DNA of 63,187 bases, the filler included, from Octopus bimaculoides (lineage: Eukaryota): NCBI RefSeq assembly GCF_001194135.2. It is 6 parts of 6 records of this genome, joined end to end, with 100 filler letters (N's around TTAATTAATTAA, not from the genome) between each part and the next. Parts side by side here need not be neighbours in the genome. Positions count along the whole stretch, not along the records: positions 61,150 to 63,187 come from NW_026431500.1; 5 more parts are not named here. One strand, written 5' to 3'. Numbering within the stretch: the first letter of the stretch is position 1; the number at the start of each line of letters is the position of its first letter. Position numbers and translations under genes: made by a program. Shown piece after piece: positions 61,150 to 63,187 of the stretch. The notes beneath the pieces were generated by a model, which saw nothing but the letters and a program-made list of their open reading frames with translations, was not told where the DNA came from and ran no database searches.

Positions 61150-62810
61150 CTATGGTGATATTCTGATATATATTGTGGTGTATGTGGTTCTGCAGTGGCA
61201 GGAAAACCCCGTTGTTTTTGTGCCCGTCGTAAAAAAGAAGCTTCCAGTTCATCTAGTACTGGTCTATATAGGTCTGATAATAAACGGTCTTCCTCAGATT
61301 CAAATCGCTGTACATATCGTGGTCTTGCAGTGGGAGGAGAGCGCCGTTGTTTATGTGCCCGTTGTAAGAAATAATCGTCCAGTTCACTTTGTAATGTACT
61401 ATTTTGCAGTGAACGTGAACGGTCTTGATAGTCTGGTACATATCGTGAACTCTGTGGTCGTGCAGTGGGGGGAAAGAGCCGTTGTTTTGGTGCCCGTTGT
61501 AAGAAATAATCTTCCATTTCATCTAGTGATGGTCTAGATTGCTGTGAACGTGAACGGCCTTGCTCGGATATATGTGGCTCTACATTCATGTGATAGTCTG
61601 ATGCATATCTTGAAGGGGGTTGTGTAGTGAAGTGACGGTGCCGTTGTTTTCGTACTCCTCGTGATCTAGCAAGTTCCAGTGAATCTCGTAAATTATCATA
61701 TCGCTGTAAACGTGATTGGTCTTGCTTGGATATATGTGGCTCTACATTAGTGTGATAGCCTGATACATATGTTGGAGGTCGTCTATCAACATTCATTGCA
61801 GTTACGTATGTGGGAGATGGCACTACATTGTGATGATATCTTGATACATATTGTGAATTATCGCGAACACGATTGGATCTTCTGTCTGCTGAATTATTAT
61901 TATTCTCTAAATACGAAACACTCCGACACCTGAGGGGCGCTGAAACATAGCTTTCAGAAATTCTTCTAGGAGGATAAATTGTTTTTCTTTCAGATCTGTT
62001 ATATGACATGTCTACCACCGAAATTCTGTATTCACTTGACGATATACGGTGAGGATATGGTTTTGGTATACTGAGGTGTTGTTCGTGTGTTGTGAAATTT
62101 TGGCATTCCTCAAATGGTCTTCTAGTTGACGAAATTCCATCATTATTTTCTGGTTGTTCCTTCCTTGAATGTTTAGGAATACAGAACGAGCATGTTAAAT
62201 TTGTCTTACTATTTTGAATCATTTCCGTGGCTGTATTAATGCGATGTGGGTTTATTCTTGATATCGAAGATATTTTTCCTCCTTTGATTATGCAGCTTTT
62301 GTTCGCTGCAATATTTTCCTGGTCTTCCTTTGGTAATGAGTTACCTAATTCTGCGCTTCTCTTGTTCAATTTAACCAGATGGTTGTCAGGGCAGACATCC
62401 TTTTCTCCATTCAGTGTCTTACATTCCAATTTGTTGTTTACATACACGTTCCTATCGTCTGCTACTTCACATACACATCTCTTAGTTTTCTCGTTTTTTG
62501 AATAGTCATGTTTTGCTGTTTCATCAACATCGTTTATCTGGTCATTGTTTTGACCTTCCTTAACACCTATTTGAATCATTTCCATCACATCACCAATATG
62601 ATTCCCAGTATTATTTTCACGATCGTCGTCTTGAGAATCAATATGTCCTGTATTTTCTTCTGTAAAATCCTCGCATTCATTCAGTTCTGTAGATTTGTGT
62701 AATCCCCCATTCAGAACATCTAGATATTGGGAATGGTCAGCCATTTTCACAGTTTCGGAACAGAGGTTCTCATAACACTTCGAAAAAACATCATTCTCTG
62801 TGGTAGTCAT
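61150..62810 (-). CDS. Uncharacterised protein (>=553 aa, 3'-partial): acidic disordered N-terminus, then R/S/Y-rich tandem repeats
   Basis: 1661 nt stop-free and non-microsatellite. First ATG at 62810; the frame is open to 62864 with a possible acceptor TTTCAG at 62851-62846. Codon-preserving internal repeats. No transposon motif recognised. Confidence 0.85.
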
Positions 62811-62924
62811 TCTGGTCACCTCAAATTGACGCTCAATGAAGAGAACTGAAACTAAATGATTTAATCATGATTTACTTTTAACTATGACGTCATCGGTGAT
62901 TGTGACTGTCATTTTGGCATCGTG

Positions 62925-62943
62925 TAGTAGTCGTAGTAGACGT

Positions 62944-63009
<66 letters not shown>

Positions 63010-63025
63010 NNNNNNNNNNAGACGT

Positions 63026-63115
<90 letters not shown>
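62925..63115. repeat. (GTA)n/(GCA)n microsatellite
   Basis: Seen directly in the sequence. Confidence 0.95.
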
Positions 63116-63116
<1 letters not shown>

Positions 63117-63187
63117 ACATCGCTAATCAAACCCTAATTCTTTCTACCTCCCAGGCTCAAAAGAATCACTGATGGCGACAGCAGCAA

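Noticed and set aside
61175-61537. Plus-strand V-rich ORF overlapping the long CDS
   Set aside because: It is an antisense shadow of the repeat-coding region.
61150-62810. Reflectin or suckerin identity for the repeat protein
   Set aside because: It has no M/F-D-X5-M-D reflectin motif and no GGY/Ala-His modules.

Overview
AT-rich, microsatellite-dense eukaryotic DNA. The repeat families point to a coleoid cephalopod, probably Octopus (inference from repeat content). Five artificial N44-TTAATTAATTAA-N44 spacers show that the window is six joined pieces. Almost everything recognisable is mobile DNA: stacked R4/Dong-clade non-LTR relics with restriction-enzyme-like (REL) endonucleases, many next to (TAA)n arrays; RTE and CR1/Jockey-group LINE fragments; four or five tRNA- or LINE-tail SINE families; hAT and mariner MITEs; and Penelope-like relics (RT, GIY-YIG). 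The main hidden signal is at least eight Penelope/retrozyme-type minimal type I hammerhead ribozyme (HHR) motifs. They include a tandem pair defining a ~330-nt monomer (42.4-43.4 kb), a co-oriented pair at 49.7-50.1 kb and an inverted pair at 21.2-21.5 kb. The only convincing host coding sequence is a >=553-codon minus-strand ORF (62810 to the gap at 61150) encoding a disordered protein with unrecognised ~42-55-aa tandem repeats. A strongly CpG-depleted domain (~31.8-49.6 kb) suggests a methylated gene body whose exons I could not identify with confidence. All analyses were by eye; no database searches or folding programs were run.
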